A DNA stretch of 64,000 bases from a virus (IMGVR_UViG_3300020049_012431:14735-78734), one strand, 5' to 3'. Positions 18,870-30,524 are shown, counted from the stretch's first letter. Translations and numbers: made by a program. Notes: a model not told the origin generated them from the letters alone.

Positions 18870-19190
18870 TTTAGTGAGTATACCCATTTGATATAATCCT
18901 AATATCAATCCACAAACAGCAGTTAGTGTATACACAACCACTTTCGTAACGATAACAACCATTTTAATATGCGATTGAACCTTAGCTTCAGATATAGCCA
19001 CTTCTTTTCTAACTAAGCCCATCATATCTTCAAGTCTATTGGATCTAGCTACGTGCTCAACAACACTGTCCTTAAGTTCGCCTAATATCTCTGTGTTGTA
19101 TTTAAGAGTCATTTCTGTTTCTTTTGAAGAAATCTTCAATTCAACAACATCTTCTGCTAATTTTTCTAAATGTCCCCTAAATTCATTCAT
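18861..19190 (-). CDS. coiled-coil protein with C-terminal TM helix
   Basis: Heptad pattern plus a hydrophobic C-terminal segment. Confidence 0.55.
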   Translation of the reverse strand: MNEFRGHLEKLAEDVVELKISSKETEMTLKYNTEILGELKDSVVEHVARSNRLEDMMGLVRKEVAISEAKVQSHIKMVVIVTKVVVYTLTAVCGLILGLYQMGILTKLF

Positions 19191-19191
19191 A

Positions 19192-21276
19192 TTACTCTTC
19201 CGTATCTGGCTTGTATTTAAATAATTCTCTAAATCCTGGTTGTTGCATCAATGAGAACATCAGAGCTTTTCTTTTTGGTTCAGTTTGATTTGAAATATTT
19301 CTCAATAAGGGAGCAAATCTTTTCTCACCAGTTGATTCTAGGTGTGTTGCCAATTTATTAATAGCATCTGGCGCAAAATCGATTGTTTTTGATAACATTT
19401 TTCCCGGAACACTATTTTTTACAGCACCAACACCTAAACCGATAGCATTAGATGCTTGACCGGATACACGTCGGGCCATTTCACCTAAGTTACGATTTAA
19501 AGATATTGGGACATTGTTTGCACCAACTAAGTCGCTTCTTTCTGCAAGATCCATTCCTAGTTTTTCTATTTCATCGGCCATACCTGGGTGTACTTCTTTG
19601 AGTGCATCTAGTCCTTTTCGCAATGTGTATCTAGCATTATTTCCAGAACTAGAATTTTTTTCCCATGCTTCAAAAAGTGGAGCCAATTTCATGACGTTAC
19701 CATACTCATCAAGACCATCGCCAGCATTGAATACTCTCTGTGCTTCTATTAGGTTTTGTAAATTTTTATTAGTTTTCTCAACCCCCGGAATAGATTTATT
19801 TGCGAATGTAGCAATTTCACCGCCACCCTTTAATAATTGGTTTTTTAGTGCGGCTTCACCAATATTCTGATCATTCGCTAACTGATTTATTGTTTTATTT
19901 AAATGGTCTAAATCGGAAGCATTCGACTGATACGGTCCTGATGTTGTTTTAGTAATTTCAGGTGGTTGTATTTTAATCTTAGAATAACCGGGAGAGCCTG
20001 GGATATTTTCGACTGTATGTGTTTTAGTATTAATAATAGGACCAGAGTCGCCAGATTCTAACTTGTAATCAACAATTTTTCCATTTTCTTTTATCGGCAT
20101 TAATTGTTCTACTTTAGTCGGTGCTGTTTCTGATTTTGTTAATTTTGTTATATATTTTCCGTCTTTGCTTGGAATAAATTCGTGTGAAATATTTTCGCCC
20201 ATAGCATTAGCGCTAGCTACTTCTTTTTCTGCTTCAAGTTGTAGTTTTTGTAATGCGCTGAGTTCTTCATCAACAGAACCAAGTCTTTCTACAGGTTTAA
20301 ATGTTTTAGTTTCTTTAACAACACCTTGATTCGCTTTAAAATTCTCTAAAGACTCAAGCGCTCTCGCTCTATCTGCGGTTTGGTATTTATTGATAGATTT
20401 AGGCATTTCATTTATGCTTTTTATAATTTCATCAACTACATTTGTCGAATTATACTTTTCACCACTTGCATCAGCCGCTTTAATCACTTCTTGTTTTAGT
20501 TTTGATTCATCAATAATTGCCTGTTTAACTTTTTCACCAACTTGACCAGAAAAATCCCTAACTTCATCACCAACTTTACGAAAGGCCTCTTTACCAAACG
20601 TAATTGTGCCATCAACTCCTCTAGCGAATTGTTTGCCTGTGTCAGTTTTCGCTAATGCGCCAAGACCTTTTCCTGTACCATGAAATGCTGCACCAACACT
20701 TGAACCAATAAGGCCACCTAAAGCCGTATCTTTAGCCATACCATAAGCACTATCTGCCTCACTGGCACCAAGTCCACCAACCGCACCAAGCCCACCAGCA
20801 TTTAGCATCGCTTTAGCTAAAGTGGTTTTGGCTAAAGCTTCCCCACCTGCTGTTGCTGCGGCTTTAGCTAAATTAGCTGAACCGCCTATTGGTATAGCTA
20901 AACCGGACACAAGTCCTCCAGCTAAATTTCCAGCAAAATAAGTCTTAGGATTAGCTTCTTCTGCTGCATCATATGCTCTGCGCGACTCATCCCTATGTTG
21001 TTGATACGCATCAGCAAACGAAGAATCCGACCCTAAGATCTGATCTATTAACCCCTGACCAACACCTGTCGCTTCATCAGCAAAACCCATTAAACCACCT
21101 TGTACGGCACCGCGTAAAGCGCTTTCCGTTTTAGATACTGGTTCTTCTATTTTTGGTGTAGATTTTGTTATTTTACCCAATTCAGATAGTTCATCATCTG
21201 ATAGTTTAGTGTAATCAAGTTTTTGTCCTGATGACAACGCTTCCAGTGTTGCGGTGGATAATTTACTATAATCCAT
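19192..21276 (-). CDS. putative internal virion/ejection protein
   Basis: G/A-rich N-half (SALRGAVQG..MGFADE); position at the distal end of the structural block. Confidence 0.6.
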   Translation of the reverse strand: MDYSKLSTATLEALSSGQKLDYTKLSDDELSELGKITKSTPKIEEPVSKTESALRGAVQGGLMGFADEATGVGQGLIDQILGSDSSFADAYQQHRDESRRAYDAAEEANPKTYFAGNLAGGLVSGLAIPIGGSANLAKAAATAGGEALAKTTLAKAMLNAGGLGAVGGLGASEADSAYGMAKDTALGGLIGSSVGAAFHGTGKGLGALAKTDTGKQFARGVDGTITFGKEAFRKVGDEVRDFSGQVGEKVKQAIIDESKLKQEVIKAADASGEKYNSTNVVDEIIKSINEMPKSINKYQTADRARALESLENFKANQGVVKETKTFKPVERLGSVDEELSALQKLQLEAEKEVASANAMGENISHEFIPSKDGKYITKLTKSETAPTKVEQLMPIKENGKIVDYKLESGDSGPIINTKTHTVENIPGSPGYSKIKIQPPEITKTTSGPYQSNASDLDHLNKTINQLANDQNIGEAALKNQLLKGGGEIATFANKSIPGVEKTNKNLQNLIEAQRVFNAGDGLDEYGNVMKLAPLFEAWEKNSSSGNNARYTLRKGLDALKEVHPGMADEIEKLGMDLAERSDLVGANNVPISLNRNLGEMARRVSGQASNAIGLGVGAVKNSVPGKMLSKTIDFAPDAINKLATHLESTGEKRFAPLLRNISNQTEPKRKALMFSLMQQPGFRELFKYKPDTEE

Positions 21277-22757
21277 TACGTACCTTTCTTTCGGCGCTTT
21301 AACTCAGCAGCAATTCCATTCCTTAGATCATCATTGATATTAAATTGTGGATGATCGTTTTGATCCTCGGCATCCGTTTTTTTAAAACTATTATAAAGCG
21401 GGTCTATTAGTGAGTAGTCCTGTTCTTCAATTCCTCGTTTTTTTGCCTGATCTAAAACCGGTTGAGAGAACATTTTATATTGCTGTTGTGATTGCTTAAA
21501 TATATTGTTAGTAACATCTTGTAATTGTTTTAATGTTTCTTTATCCAGTACTCTAGGCTTAGATCCCAATTTACTAAAAGTTGAATTTAGTTTACCCCAT
21601 GTACTACGAGCTTCACCCATTAGTTTTATTTCCCCCTCTTTCACGGCAGAATCAGGATCGAACGCTTTAATTGCAGCATATAAAGCACTAATGTCCTTCA
21701 CTCCACTTGGGTCGCGAATCGCATCATCTATTAAATTCTTAGCTTGAGACATTTTTGACATAAATTGGTATGGTTTACTTTTAGTTAAATTATCATATCT
21801 TTGTGAAATAAAGTCTTGCTTTTTTGAATCTAATTTTTCTAGTCTGGATGCCGTTTTATTAGATTGATCTAACGCTTGCATCGCCAAACGATTTTGTTGC
21901 GTATCATAATTAGTTATCATATTAGATAGATTAACTTTACCTAAACTGTCCTCAATTAAAGTTGATGACATATTCGGACTAATTTTAGAAGCTAGATCGA
22001 AACGTTTTATTCTATTTAAACCGTCTATAGCACTGTATCTAGCCAGTTTGCTTATTTCACTATTAGGGTCATCTCTCATTTTTTGATTCGCGGCCTGAGC
22101 TTTCGCTTTTTCTAAATCTAATTTTCCTAACTCAGCTTTCTGTTTCTGCATATAATCTTCAACAGGAGCATTATATTGTGAAAGAATATGACTTACATCA
22201 AGTTTCTTTTCAGGTAAATAACCTTGGCCAGCAATAGCTCTGCCTATTTGATCCGCAGCACTTAACAAACCAACATTAGCGAGCCCTTGTCTTCTTTGGT
22301 CTTGCAGTTGTCCCAATATATCTTGTTCCGGAACATTTTGTTCAGCAGGAACGGGTGATGAAGGGATAACCGTGGCACTTTGTTGTGGTGCTTGCTGTGC
22401 GACAACAGGTTTAACCGTATTTTGTGTCGGTTTTGGTAATGCGTTTGGTATTTCTGGTTGCAATTCTTCTGGTTTCATATTATTTTGTAAGATCTGTGGG
22501 CCAAGCAAAGGAGAAGAACCCATCATATCAGAAAGATTAAACGGTTTAGGTGTAGGATCCATCGGGCTATTTGGGTATTGTTCCGGTGCTGCATGCGATG
22601 TAAAAAGATCAGACATACCTTGCGATACATTATTGGGTTTATCGGCGTTTAACGGACTAGCAAACTGTTCTGGCGAATTAGATATGTCACCAAGAAAAGA
22701 TTTATTCGACTCTTCGCTATCCGGTTGCCCTAATAATTTTTGAAGAAAATCTAACAT
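21276..22757 (-). CDS. putative ejection protein
   Basis: P/Q-rich N-half; D...LY...K..DP.SAVKEGE motif common in phage ejection proteins. Confidence 0.6.
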   Translation of the reverse strand: MLDFLQKLLGQPDSEESNKSFLGDISNSPEQFASPLNADKPNNVSQGMSDLFTSHAAPEQYPNSPMDPTPKPFNLSDMMGSSPLLGPQILQNNMKPEELQPEIPNALPKPTQNTVKPVVAQQAPQQSATVIPSSPVPAEQNVPEQDILGQLQDQRRQGLANVGLLSAADQIGRAIAGQGYLPEKKLDVSHILSQYNAPVEDYMQKQKAELGKLDLEKAKAQAANQKMRDDPNSEISKLARYSAIDGLNRIKRFDLASKISPNMSSTLIEDSLGKVNLSNMITNYDTQQNRLAMQALDQSNKTASRLEKLDSKKQDFISQRYDNLTKSKPYQFMSKMSQAKNLIDDAIRDPSGVKDISALYAAIKAFDPDSAVKEGEIKLMGEARSTWGKLNSTFSKLGSKPRVLDKETLKQLQDVTNNIFKQSQQQYKMFSQPVLDQAKKRGIEEQDYSLIDPLYNSFKKTDAEDQNDHPQFNINDDLRNGIAAELKRRKKGT

Positions 22758-22766
22758 CTTGTATCC

Positions 22767-23801
22767 TTATTTTGCAGTAAAACCATTTTTATTAAGAGTA
22801 TCAGGATAAGATGGTGTTCCCTGAGGTTGCTCACCTTGAGCAGCTTTTGCGTTTGCTGCAACAATAGATGCCGCACCAGTACCAATTCCACTACCAATAC
22901 CACTCCACATACCAGCTTGTGCATTTGCTGCGCCTTGGTTCAATTGTGCCATGTTGTTAAAACCTTGGGATACGTTGCCAGCTTTAGCCATTTGGTTATT
23001 GAAATCTTGTTGGTACAGATTTCTATTATATTGTTGTTGTTGATTATGTGTTCCAACATTTGCATTTGAAATTGCTTGGGCGTTAGCTAAATTAGATTGC
23101 TGCGCTGCATTCTGTGCTGAAACGTTTCTTTGACCAACATTCTGCGCATTAGATGTATTAAATTGACTGATAACATCCTGAGCATTAGCTGCGTTTAATT
23201 GTCTACCGTATTCTGTATTGCCTGCTGTGTTAGCTAAATTAGCCAATCCACTAGTAGCATCCAATTTTCTTTGTGCAGCGAGTGCAGCTAATTGCATCGC
23301 TTGTTGGCTAGCTTGATTAGAACCGCCTTGACTTGCGGCAAGTTGGGCGGCAAGTTCATCACCACTTCCACCCATACCACGAGCGGCTCTATTCTCAAGT
23401 ATGCCTTTTTGTTGTGAAGCGTTTTGTTGAGATGCTTGTCCCAATAATGCTTGAAGTTGCGCTCTGTCTGCTTCAGGTAAACCGTTTTGTTGAACATCGG
23501 CCATTTTTTGAAGTGCCGACATAGTATATTCATTGTACTTAGGGTTTACGGCAATATTTTGTTGTGCACTAGGTCCCAAAAGTTGTTGTTGCTCAAGAGT
23601 TGGAGCTAAGTTACCGACAACCTGCTGATCCTCGAGAGCTAAACGCATTTTTTCAATGTCAGGAAGACTCACGCCTTGCAATGCCGCAAGCGCTGCCTTA
23701 GCGTCATTCTCAGCATTTGCTCTGGCACCAGCGCTAGCTTGTTGACCAATTGCGCCGCCAATTAAAGGTGCTGCTATTGAAGCTATTGTAAATGGATCCA
23801 T
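22767..23801 (-). CDS. putative DNA pilot/ejection protein
   Basis: MDPFTIASIAAPLIGGAIG N-terminus; Q/N/A-rich; start moved to ATG 23801. Confidence 0.65.
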   Translation of the reverse strand: MDPFTIASIAAPLIGGAIGQQASAGARANAENDAKAALAALQGVSLPDIEKMRLALEDQQVVGNLAPTLEQQQLLGPSAQQNIAVNPKYNEYTMSALQKMADVQQNGLPEADRAQLQALLGQASQQNASQQKGILENRAARGMGGSGDELAAQLAASQGGSNQASQQAMQLAALAAQRKLDATSGLANLANTAGNTEYGRQLNAANAQDVISQFNTSNAQNVGQRNVSAQNAAQQSNLANAQAISNANVGTHNQQQQYNRNLYQQDFNNQMAKAGNVSQGFNNMAQLNQGAANAQAGMWSGIGSGIGTGAASIVAANAKAAQGEQPQGTPSYPDTLNKNGFTAK

Positions 23802-23802
23802 A

Positions 23803-26061
23803 TTATTTATTCCCCACAAGTCGTAAAATTTGGTTTATAGCATCAGAAGATACACCACTACCAAGTCTATTTTGAATTTGATTTGCCATGTCGCTTCTTA
23901 CCTTAGAATAACCAGCATTACCAGAATCTCTTCTTTGTAACATTCCAGCAACAGCATCATTAGCGCCTTTTTGTGCTAGTTTATTTTCTTCAGATAATAA
24001 ATAATCATATCCACCTTTATCCAAAACTGAATTAGCATAACCACTAATACCTATATTTTTATCTAGTGCATAGCGTCCCGTGTTTGGATCATAATGTACC
24101 ATATCTTTATTTTTAATTAATCTATTGTATTGATCGACGTTACCATATTGCTCTTTTATTTGAGCATCAGACATTCCATATACCGGATTGCCCCATTGGT
24201 CATTTAATTGTTCTTGACTTAAATCGGCTCCGTGTTGTATTATATCACCCAATTGTTTATTGCCTGTTTGTGTAATAAAATTACCCGCACCTTTACTATT
24301 AAGCTGAGATGCGATTTGGTCAAGTAGGGTATTTTGTGCGCGAAATTGTGCGGCACTGCCACTACCAGCACTGCCACCAAAACCATTAGTTAATGCTGCA
24401 TTAAGCCCAGCAATAGGGCCACTACTTAATCCCTGACCTAATAAACTAGCAAATCCACCAAGAGGACCGGCATTATTTAAAGGATTTTTTGCAACAGCAT
24501 TTGCTAAACTACCGGAAATTCCGGCACTTGCTCCAGAATTTCGTGAATTAATATTAGATTGTCCGCCGTTAAGAAAATCAGCGAGTTTAACTTGCGCCGT
24601 AGCGGTTGCATTTCCGCCACTACCATATATACTAGATGATCCTGTATCTGATCCTTGTGCGCTAATTGTTGTATTGTTCAAATAATCTTGAAATGCTTGA
24701 TCTGCAGAATTTAATTTATTACGTAAGCTATTTTCGCCAGTGAGTGCACTTGCTGCTGTTCCCATTTGACTTGCGCCTTGCAATTGTAATTGGCTAGCGT
24801 CAGGACCAGTAAATGCGCCAGAAGTATCAAGTCCGCCTTTAGATAGTTTAGCTAAAGCATTATAATAGTCAACATCTTTTTGGCTAGCAACATCCTGCGC
24901 TGTAGCCGCATTGTAATCGCTTATGTTAGCTATTTGTCTAAGATTTAAATTTGGATCAGTGAGAACATTGTATGTGCGTTCACCAGATTTAAGACCCAAT
25001 TGATCAAAAATATCCTGATCGATTGTTCCTTGTTTAGCACCAGTAAGTACATCATAATTTTGTTGCCAGCGAGCTTTTTCAGCATCACGTTGTTTATTTA
25101 CTTCAGGAATAAGATTTTGTAAATTCTGCATATACCCGGACTCAAGAGCATTTGCACTGTCTTGTAAACTCTTTTGAATATTTTGTTCTTGTGTTGCAAC
25201 ATCACCAGCTTGCTTTGTACCAGCTTGTGCTTGAGAATATATATTACCTGCTTGAGATACATTTTGTTTAGCCGCATTACGAATAGCATTAACGCCTTGC
25301 TGACCAGCACCAGATAAAAATAGATTATCCATTCGTTGTTGACCTTGCGTATATCCGGGTCTACTAAATGCTTGATTAACTAAACCACTTCGTCCTTGTG
25401 CTGTAGCTGTTTGTTGCGCAAGATCGCCTGCCTTTTGTTGTAAACCAGCAGCTGTGTCTTGTGCTTGTTGTGCTTGTGATTTAAGTGTATTTTCATCAAC
25501 ACCTTGACCAAGACGAATTTTTGTAAAATCGGTTAATTTATTTTGATCATTAACAATAGAATTTGGGTCAAAAGTATTTACTGGTTGAATCGGTTGTTGT
25601 CCAGTGGCCTGAGCTTTTGTCATTGCTGCGCTAGCGGTTTCACTACCTAAACCGTGGTTCATTGTACTCTGCATTCCTGGAGCAACAGACATAATTCCGG
25701 TAGTAGATGCTACTGGAGCTTGAAGTTGTTGATTATACTGTTGCCCTCTACCTAACACATCATTAGCGTTTTGTACGCTTTGTTTAAATTGATTAGCCTG
25801 AGATTCTTGTTGTGTTTTTAGTGGTTGAATACCTTTATTTAATTGTTGCTGTACACCACCAGAAATCTGTTGGCCAGCACCTTTATTAGCATTAAGGTAT
25901 TTTTGTATATTAGTAAATTGACCACTAGAAGCAGGGCCTTGCTGTGGAGCACTTTGTTGCCCACTAACCGGCGCTATGTTTGCTGGCTGTGCGGACGCAG
26001 GTTGACCAGCATTATTTTGCTTATTTTTGTCATCTTCATTGAAGTTAATAATGTTAGCCAT
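23803..26061 (-). CDS. putative internal virion protein (Q/G/N-rich)
   Basis: 752-aa low-complexity ORF directly after a late-type motif. Confidence 0.6.
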   Translation of the reverse strand: MANIINFNEDDKNKQNNAGQPASAQPANIAPVSGQQSAPQQGPASSGQFTNIQKYLNANKGAGQQISGGVQQQLNKGIQPLKTQQESQANQFKQSVQNANDVLGRGQQYNQQLQAPVASTTGIMSVAPGMQSTMNHGLGSETASAAMTKAQATGQQPIQPVNTFDPNSIVNDQNKLTDFTKIRLGQGVDENTLKSQAQQAQDTAAGLQQKAGDLAQQTATAQGRSGLVNQAFSRPGYTQGQQRMDNLFLSGAGQQGVNAIRNAAKQNVSQAGNIYSQAQAGTKQAGDVATQEQNIQKSLQDSANALESGYMQNLQNLIPEVNKQRDAEKARWQQNYDVLTGAKQGTIDQDIFDQLGLKSGERTYNVLTDPNLNLRQIANISDYNAATAQDVASQKDVDYYNALAKLSKGGLDTSGAFTGPDASQLQLQGASQMGTAASALTGENSLRNKLNSADQAFQDYLNNTTISAQGSDTGSSSIYGSGGNATATAQVKLADFLNGGQSNINSRNSGASAGISGSLANAVAKNPLNNAGPLGGFASLLGQGLSSGPIAGLNAALTNGFGGSAGSGSAAQFRAQNTLLDQIASQLNSKGAGNFITQTGNKQLGDIIQHGADLSQEQLNDQWGNPVYGMSDAQIKEQYGNVDQYNRLIKNKDMVHYDPNTGRYALDKNIGISGYANSVLDKGGYDYLLSEENKLAQKGANDAVAGMLQRRDSGNAGYSKVRSDMANQIQNRLGSGVSSDAINQILRLVGNK

Positions 26062-26066
26062 ACAGT

Positions 26067-26078
26067 AATATATGTTAT
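26067..26078 (-). promoter_or_regulatory. putative late promoter motif
   Basis: ATAACATATATT, 5 nt before ATG 26061. Confidence 0.6.
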
Positions 26079-26482
26079 CCTATTAGTATTACAGACAATT
26101 CGTATTTCTTGTCGGCTGGGAGTCCAGCCACATGATTTATACGCAATAAATTGCCTGTTGGTGTAAAGCTAATAAACGGGTTCCCAGAGGGAAAAGTCCC
26201 ATCATTAGTCAAATTCCTAGAATTAATACAGTGACAACCCTTTATACGAGTTTTGAGCGTTGTTTTTATATCAATCTGTGTTTTGGGTATACCTGCAGCA
26301 TTAAGCTCTACAGTGACGGTGATGAATTCTTGGTTTAAGTTATCGAAATCTATGTTCTTATTGAAAAGAGTGCTTATTTGTTCTAAAAACGGGTTTAAAG
26401 AAAAACTAAGCTTTCGGATAAGTAAACGATCATCCTGAGGAAAATCTTCTTCTATAATACGTTTAATATTGTTTAATTTCAT
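26075..26482 (-). CDS. hypothetical structural protein
   Basis: TAATG-coupled to the tail gene. Confidence 0.6.
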   Translation of the reverse strand: MKLNNIKRIIEEDFPQDDRLLIRKLSFSLNPFLEQISTLFNKNIDFDNLNQEFITVTVELNAAGIPKTQIDIKTTLKTRIKGCHCINSRNLTNDGTFPSGNPFISFTPTGNLLRINHVAGLPADKKYELSVILIG

Positions 26483-29400
26483 TATCTATATGCCCTTTCG
26501 CTATTACCCTCAAATGAATAGGAAATGCCCAAAATACGAAATTCATCAAATGCCGCCTTATGTAAAAATCTAGTTCTTATATAAGTACATCGTTGTTTGT
26601 TTTTAGGTATAAGAGTTCGGAATGGTCTGCCTGTACCTTCACCACCCCAAGCAATACTATCAAAAACCCAAGTACCCCAATTACCAGTACCTTCCATAGT
26701 GAACTCAATATCATCAAAGTTGGCACTAAGGTCAGTATTATAACCGACGGTTCCTCTAGTGAGACTTGCTGTAGCAAATCTAACTGTAGCATCTCTAACG
26801 TGTTTTAATATAGCAGGATCACCGAAGAAATACGGAGCAAGTGTTGCATTACAAGAGATGGACTTATAGTGAGTTAAACTACCGACAACAAGAGGCATCA
26901 TCAAATCAACCGTCACCGATATATTTTTCTTATCAATAGATGTTATAAACACTTCATATATAACGGGATTGACCGATAATGAATAATTTGTGTGTAACAA
27001 TGTTGTATCCGCATTCAATAAATTAATTAGATTATTATACTCAGTTTGAAATGTAATTGCGTCTAAAGAATACAACGTTTGGTACGCAGTGCCTATATCA
27101 GAATTCAACTGTGTGATAACAGACCCCAGCACATCCTGTAAATTATCGCCGGGGTTGATTGTTAAATTTCTATAATAATTTTTATTATCATTACCAACAG
27201 TGTTAGGAACACCGGCATCAAGAACGAATTTATTCGCTAATCTATCAACCAGCGACGCGGTTACGTATTGTGTTTGAGAAAGAACGTCACCAGGTTCAAC
27301 GTTTAGTAAGGACGGTACAGAAATCGTCGTTCCTGAAATGGAGTTAGAAAGTAAATCTAAAGAATATTCTCTATCCGCAAAGTCGGTTCTCTTTAAATCT
27401 TTTCTCTCTATTTCAACAATATTTATATCATCGGGTCCGACGAATAACTTATTCGTTGACGTATTCACTATAGCACATTTGGCATTTCCTACTTTTTTCC
27501 AAGTAGTCCATGTTTCGGTTTTTGTGCTAAATCTATAAGCAATAGTTCCTGTTGTATCTGTTGCGTTTTTTGGTAACCAACAAATATAAGCATAATCTTC
27601 AACATAAGCAGCACCAAATGATGCGGTCTTATAATAAGTATATCTAGGTGAAGTGTATAGATTAAATGCGTCTTGTACTGGTTGAGAAATAATGTCAATA
27701 CCGGTTTCGCTTATGCGAACAACACCTTGACTTGACAAACCGAATATATTATTATCAATAACAACGCAGGTGTCTGGCGCTGAAACGTTACAAGAGCCAT
27801 CAAATAAGGTAACAAAAAAGTTAGTAGGATTCTCACCAGTAAGGCGGTAAATACCGTCCTCTTTGATGATAAACAAACTATCTCGTAATCCAAGGATACG
27901 CAATATAGCGCTATCTTGAGGACCAACGTCAAAATAGTTCACTATCGGAACAGCTTCCGGTTGGCTTGTTTTAGAAAAATATACACGATTAGCTTTTTCT
28001 TCGTTTGTTGCAGTAAGCGGTGAAGTAATGCTTGGACTAAAATCTTGGCCTACGTTACTTTGTAGCGTAAATGGTGTAGTGTCTAGTATTCTAGATTCAA
28101 AATTCATCTTACCTGGAGCATCTTGTGGTCCAGATAAATAATAAGCGTTCACTTCACCAGACGTATCAGCAGAAACTATCTTACAAAGACTTCGCGCGGT
28201 ATCGTCAATTCGTTGTGAAGGAGAAGCCAGAGAAGAAAGGCGAACATAATTAGTTGCGCCGTTCTCACCGTCACCATCCTGAATTGCTGTAGTGGTTAAA
28301 CCGGTTACCGGAGATAATGTGGTAATAACTGGATTTGTTGCTGACCCACTATTTGCTGTTGATATTGTTCTAGTTGCGGTTGTTCCATCAATAACAAAAT
28401 CATAACTGGCATCATTTATTGCAACCATAACTTTGTCGGCAATAAGCGTTCCTGTTGTATCGGCGCTACTAACATCAACTTTAATTAGAAGTGTTCCGGC
28501 TGTTTCTACTGTGTTTGGTTCTACAATAGGTCCCGCTGTGTCATGAAAATAAATAGTATATTTAACCGCATCACTAGCAGCATTTATTAAAAAATAAGTT
28601 TGATCTATCCCAGCATAGTATGCAGGAAAAGTAAATGAATGTATTTCTGGTCTACCAACAAAATAATATTGTCTTGTTGTGTTCTTTGTAATAATTAAAC
28701 TAGATGGATACACAGAAGCATTTGTTGCGCTAGCACCAGTGCCATCAGCGGTTATTGTGATTGTGTTACCAACAGATGTAGCTACAGTGCGTATTCCATC
28801 AAGAGTAGCTGAACCACTATTTGTTATTACTATCTTTTGTCCAGCAACAATAGTCGTTGCCGCAGAAAATACAATCGTTGTTGTTGGTGCTAAGTAGGTT
28901 ATACTTGTTATATCGATCGTGTCACCAGATGCGCCATAACGTTCGAAATCACCCAAACCAACCATATCAATTAATTGTCTATAGGTTGTTCGTGTATTAG
29001 CAAAAAACGCACTGTTTTTATATGCTGCAATATCTTTAGCGAAAGGCGGTGCTTCATTAGACTGAAGTATTCCTTCGCCACTAGATTCGTTTGTATAGAG
29101 CGGTGCTCCGCCCTGTCTAAAATCTTCTGGAACTATGTCATTAATTGTTATCTCAGTACCAGAAATATACCCGTCTTCATATACTAATCTATACTCATCA
29201 TCAACGGTTAAATACTGAACATCAGCAAATGTTGTTGCTGTGAATAATCCTGTTCTATATATACGATAAAAATAATCTGTTGTTATATTTTGTGGTACAG
29301 CGAATGTAACTGTTGCTGTTCCGCTAACTGAGTTTTGATTTACGACCTCTATCGGTGTACTAGGACTACCAAGAATCAAATTATTATTGATGTCTTTTGT

Positions 29401-29919
29401 TCCCCAAACAATACGATAAGCAATTTTACTATAGCCTTCAAAAAAACCTTCATTGACGTAATCAACCACGGCTGTTCCACCAAGGGCCTTAATCCCACCC
29501 GCAGTACTTATTTTTGCTGAAGATAAAAGACTCGCACTTTTTGCGGCAATTTTACGTATCCCGGTGCTTGTAGTTAAGAACAGATTTCCGTTTTGTTCGA
29601 TACTCTTCAATCGAAGCCCAGACTCAGTTTCGATAAAAGAACCGGTGAATGCTGTATATGTTCCACTACCATTGTCATATGCCAACGCATTTGAATAATG
29701 TGCTATTGTTCTATTTTTATATAAAAGAAGTTGTTTTGCTACATCTGATGTAGTAGAACCGATTGTTCCATACTGTTTAAGTCCACGACGAGACTCTAAT
29801 GTACTTAATCTATCTATGTTTACATTTTCGGCGATAGATAAGGCACCTTCAGGAATTTCACTTAGAAACGAATTATAAGTGTGTAGTCCTTTGAATCGTA
29901 ACATGCTTGTAGTAGCCAT
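26482..29919 (-). CDS. tail tubular protein B / head-stabilisation-like protein
   Basis: 1145 aa; GALSIAENVNID, R.YFSK...PEAVP repeats; follows the adaptor gene. Confidence 0.65.
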   Translation of the reverse strand: MATTSMLRFKGLHTYNSFLSEIPEGALSIAENVNIDRLSTLESRRGLKQYGTIGSTTSDVAKQLLLYKNRTIAHYSNALAYDNGSGTYTAFTGSFIETESGLRLKSIEQNGNLFLTTSTGIRKIAAKSASLLSSAKISTAGGIKALGGTAVVDYVNEGFFEGYSKIAYRIVWGTKDINNNLILGSPSTPIEVVNQNSVSGTATVTFAVPQNITTDYFYRIYRTGLFTATTFADVQYLTVDDEYRLVYEDGYISGTEITINDIVPEDFRQGGAPLYTNESSGEGILQSNEAPPFAKDIAAYKNSAFFANTRTTYRQLIDMVGLGDFERYGASGDTIDITSITYLAPTTTIVFSAATTIVAGQKIVITNSGSATLDGIRTVATSVGNTITITADGTGASATNASVYPSSLIITKNTTRQYYFVGRPEIHSFTFPAYYAGIDQTYFLINAASDAVKYTIYFHDTAGPIVEPNTVETAGTLLIKVDVSSADTTGTLIADKVMVAINDASYDFVIDGTTATRTISTANSGSATNPVITTLSPVTGLTTTAIQDGDGENGATNYVRLSSLASPSQRIDDTARSLCKIVSADTSGEVNAYYLSGPQDAPGKMNFESRILDTTPFTLQSNVGQDFSPSITSPLTATNEEKANRVYFSKTSQPEAVPIVNYFDVGPQDSAILRILGLRDSLFIIKEDGIYRLTGENPTNFFVTLFDGSCNVSAPDTCVVIDNNIFGLSSQGVVRISETGIDIISQPVQDAFNLYTSPRYTYYKTASFGAAYVEDYAYICWLPKNATDTTGTIAYRFSTKTETWTTWKKVGNAKCAIVNTSTNKLFVGPDDINIVEIERKDLKRTDFADREYSLDLLSNSISGTTISVPSLLNVEPGDVLSQTQYVTASLVDRLANKFVLDAGVPNTVGNDNKNYYRNLTINPGDNLQDVLGSVITQLNSDIGTAYQTLYSLDAITFQTEYNNLINLLNADTTLLHTNYSLSVNPVIYEVFITSIDKKNISVTVDLMMPLVVGSLTHYKSISCNATLAPYFFGDPAILKHVRDATVRFATASLTRGTVGYNTDLSANFDDIEFTMEGTGNWGTWVFDSIAWGGEGTGRPFRTLIPKNKQRCTYIRTRFLHKAAFDEFRILGISYSFEGNSERAYR

Positions 29920-30524
29920 TATATACCGACCTTAGTTAAAATATAACCTTTACATGGTCTATTTTTTTTTATTGCAATACTTATTGTCGAAATATTACAT
30001 TTAATTTGCTTTGCCGCATCCGTCATTGATTCATATACATTACCATGTTGATCGATTAATTTAATTTTTTCTTTTCCATGGCCAGTTAAATTATTTTCTT
30101 TTATTCTATTCTTGATATTTATATCTAGAGTATCCCACCATTTTTTTGTACCAATAGATATTTTTTTTCTAAAATTATCATCAATAATTCGGTTTTTAAC
30201 GCCATCACCGCCATTAGTACAATTTAATAATGGCGAATTGATGCTTTTAAAATAAGAAATCCAATAAATCTCGGCATCCTGTAAAAATTTTTTATCTTCA
30301 AATTCTTGTAAAACAATAATTTTTGGTACTTGATTCTTGCGGGCTAATTTTTTTATCCATCTATAAATAGGGTAGTGGGCTATTTTTTTTGTAGTATACC
30401 GTTTGAAATGCTCTAATGGTCTAAGTAATCCCTTGCTAGATAGTCCTATATATCTAATTTCATAAGTATTAGGATCTTGGAGTGCATAAATAATATTAAA
30501 TTTTAACATTGAGGTTGTTGCCAC
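29919..30524 (-). mobile_element. free-standing GIY-YIG homing endonuclease with NUMOD-type C-terminus
   Basis: IIYALQDP..RYIG, R..EH, AEIYWI, LLNCTNGGDG; C-terminal YESMTDAAKQ helix-turn-helix. Confidence 0.85.

Noticed and set aside
29919-30524. GIY-YIG gene as an intron-encoded ORF or intein
   Set aside because: There is no non-coding flank for a ribozyme core and no intein Cys/His-Asn ends; it is a free-standing gene.
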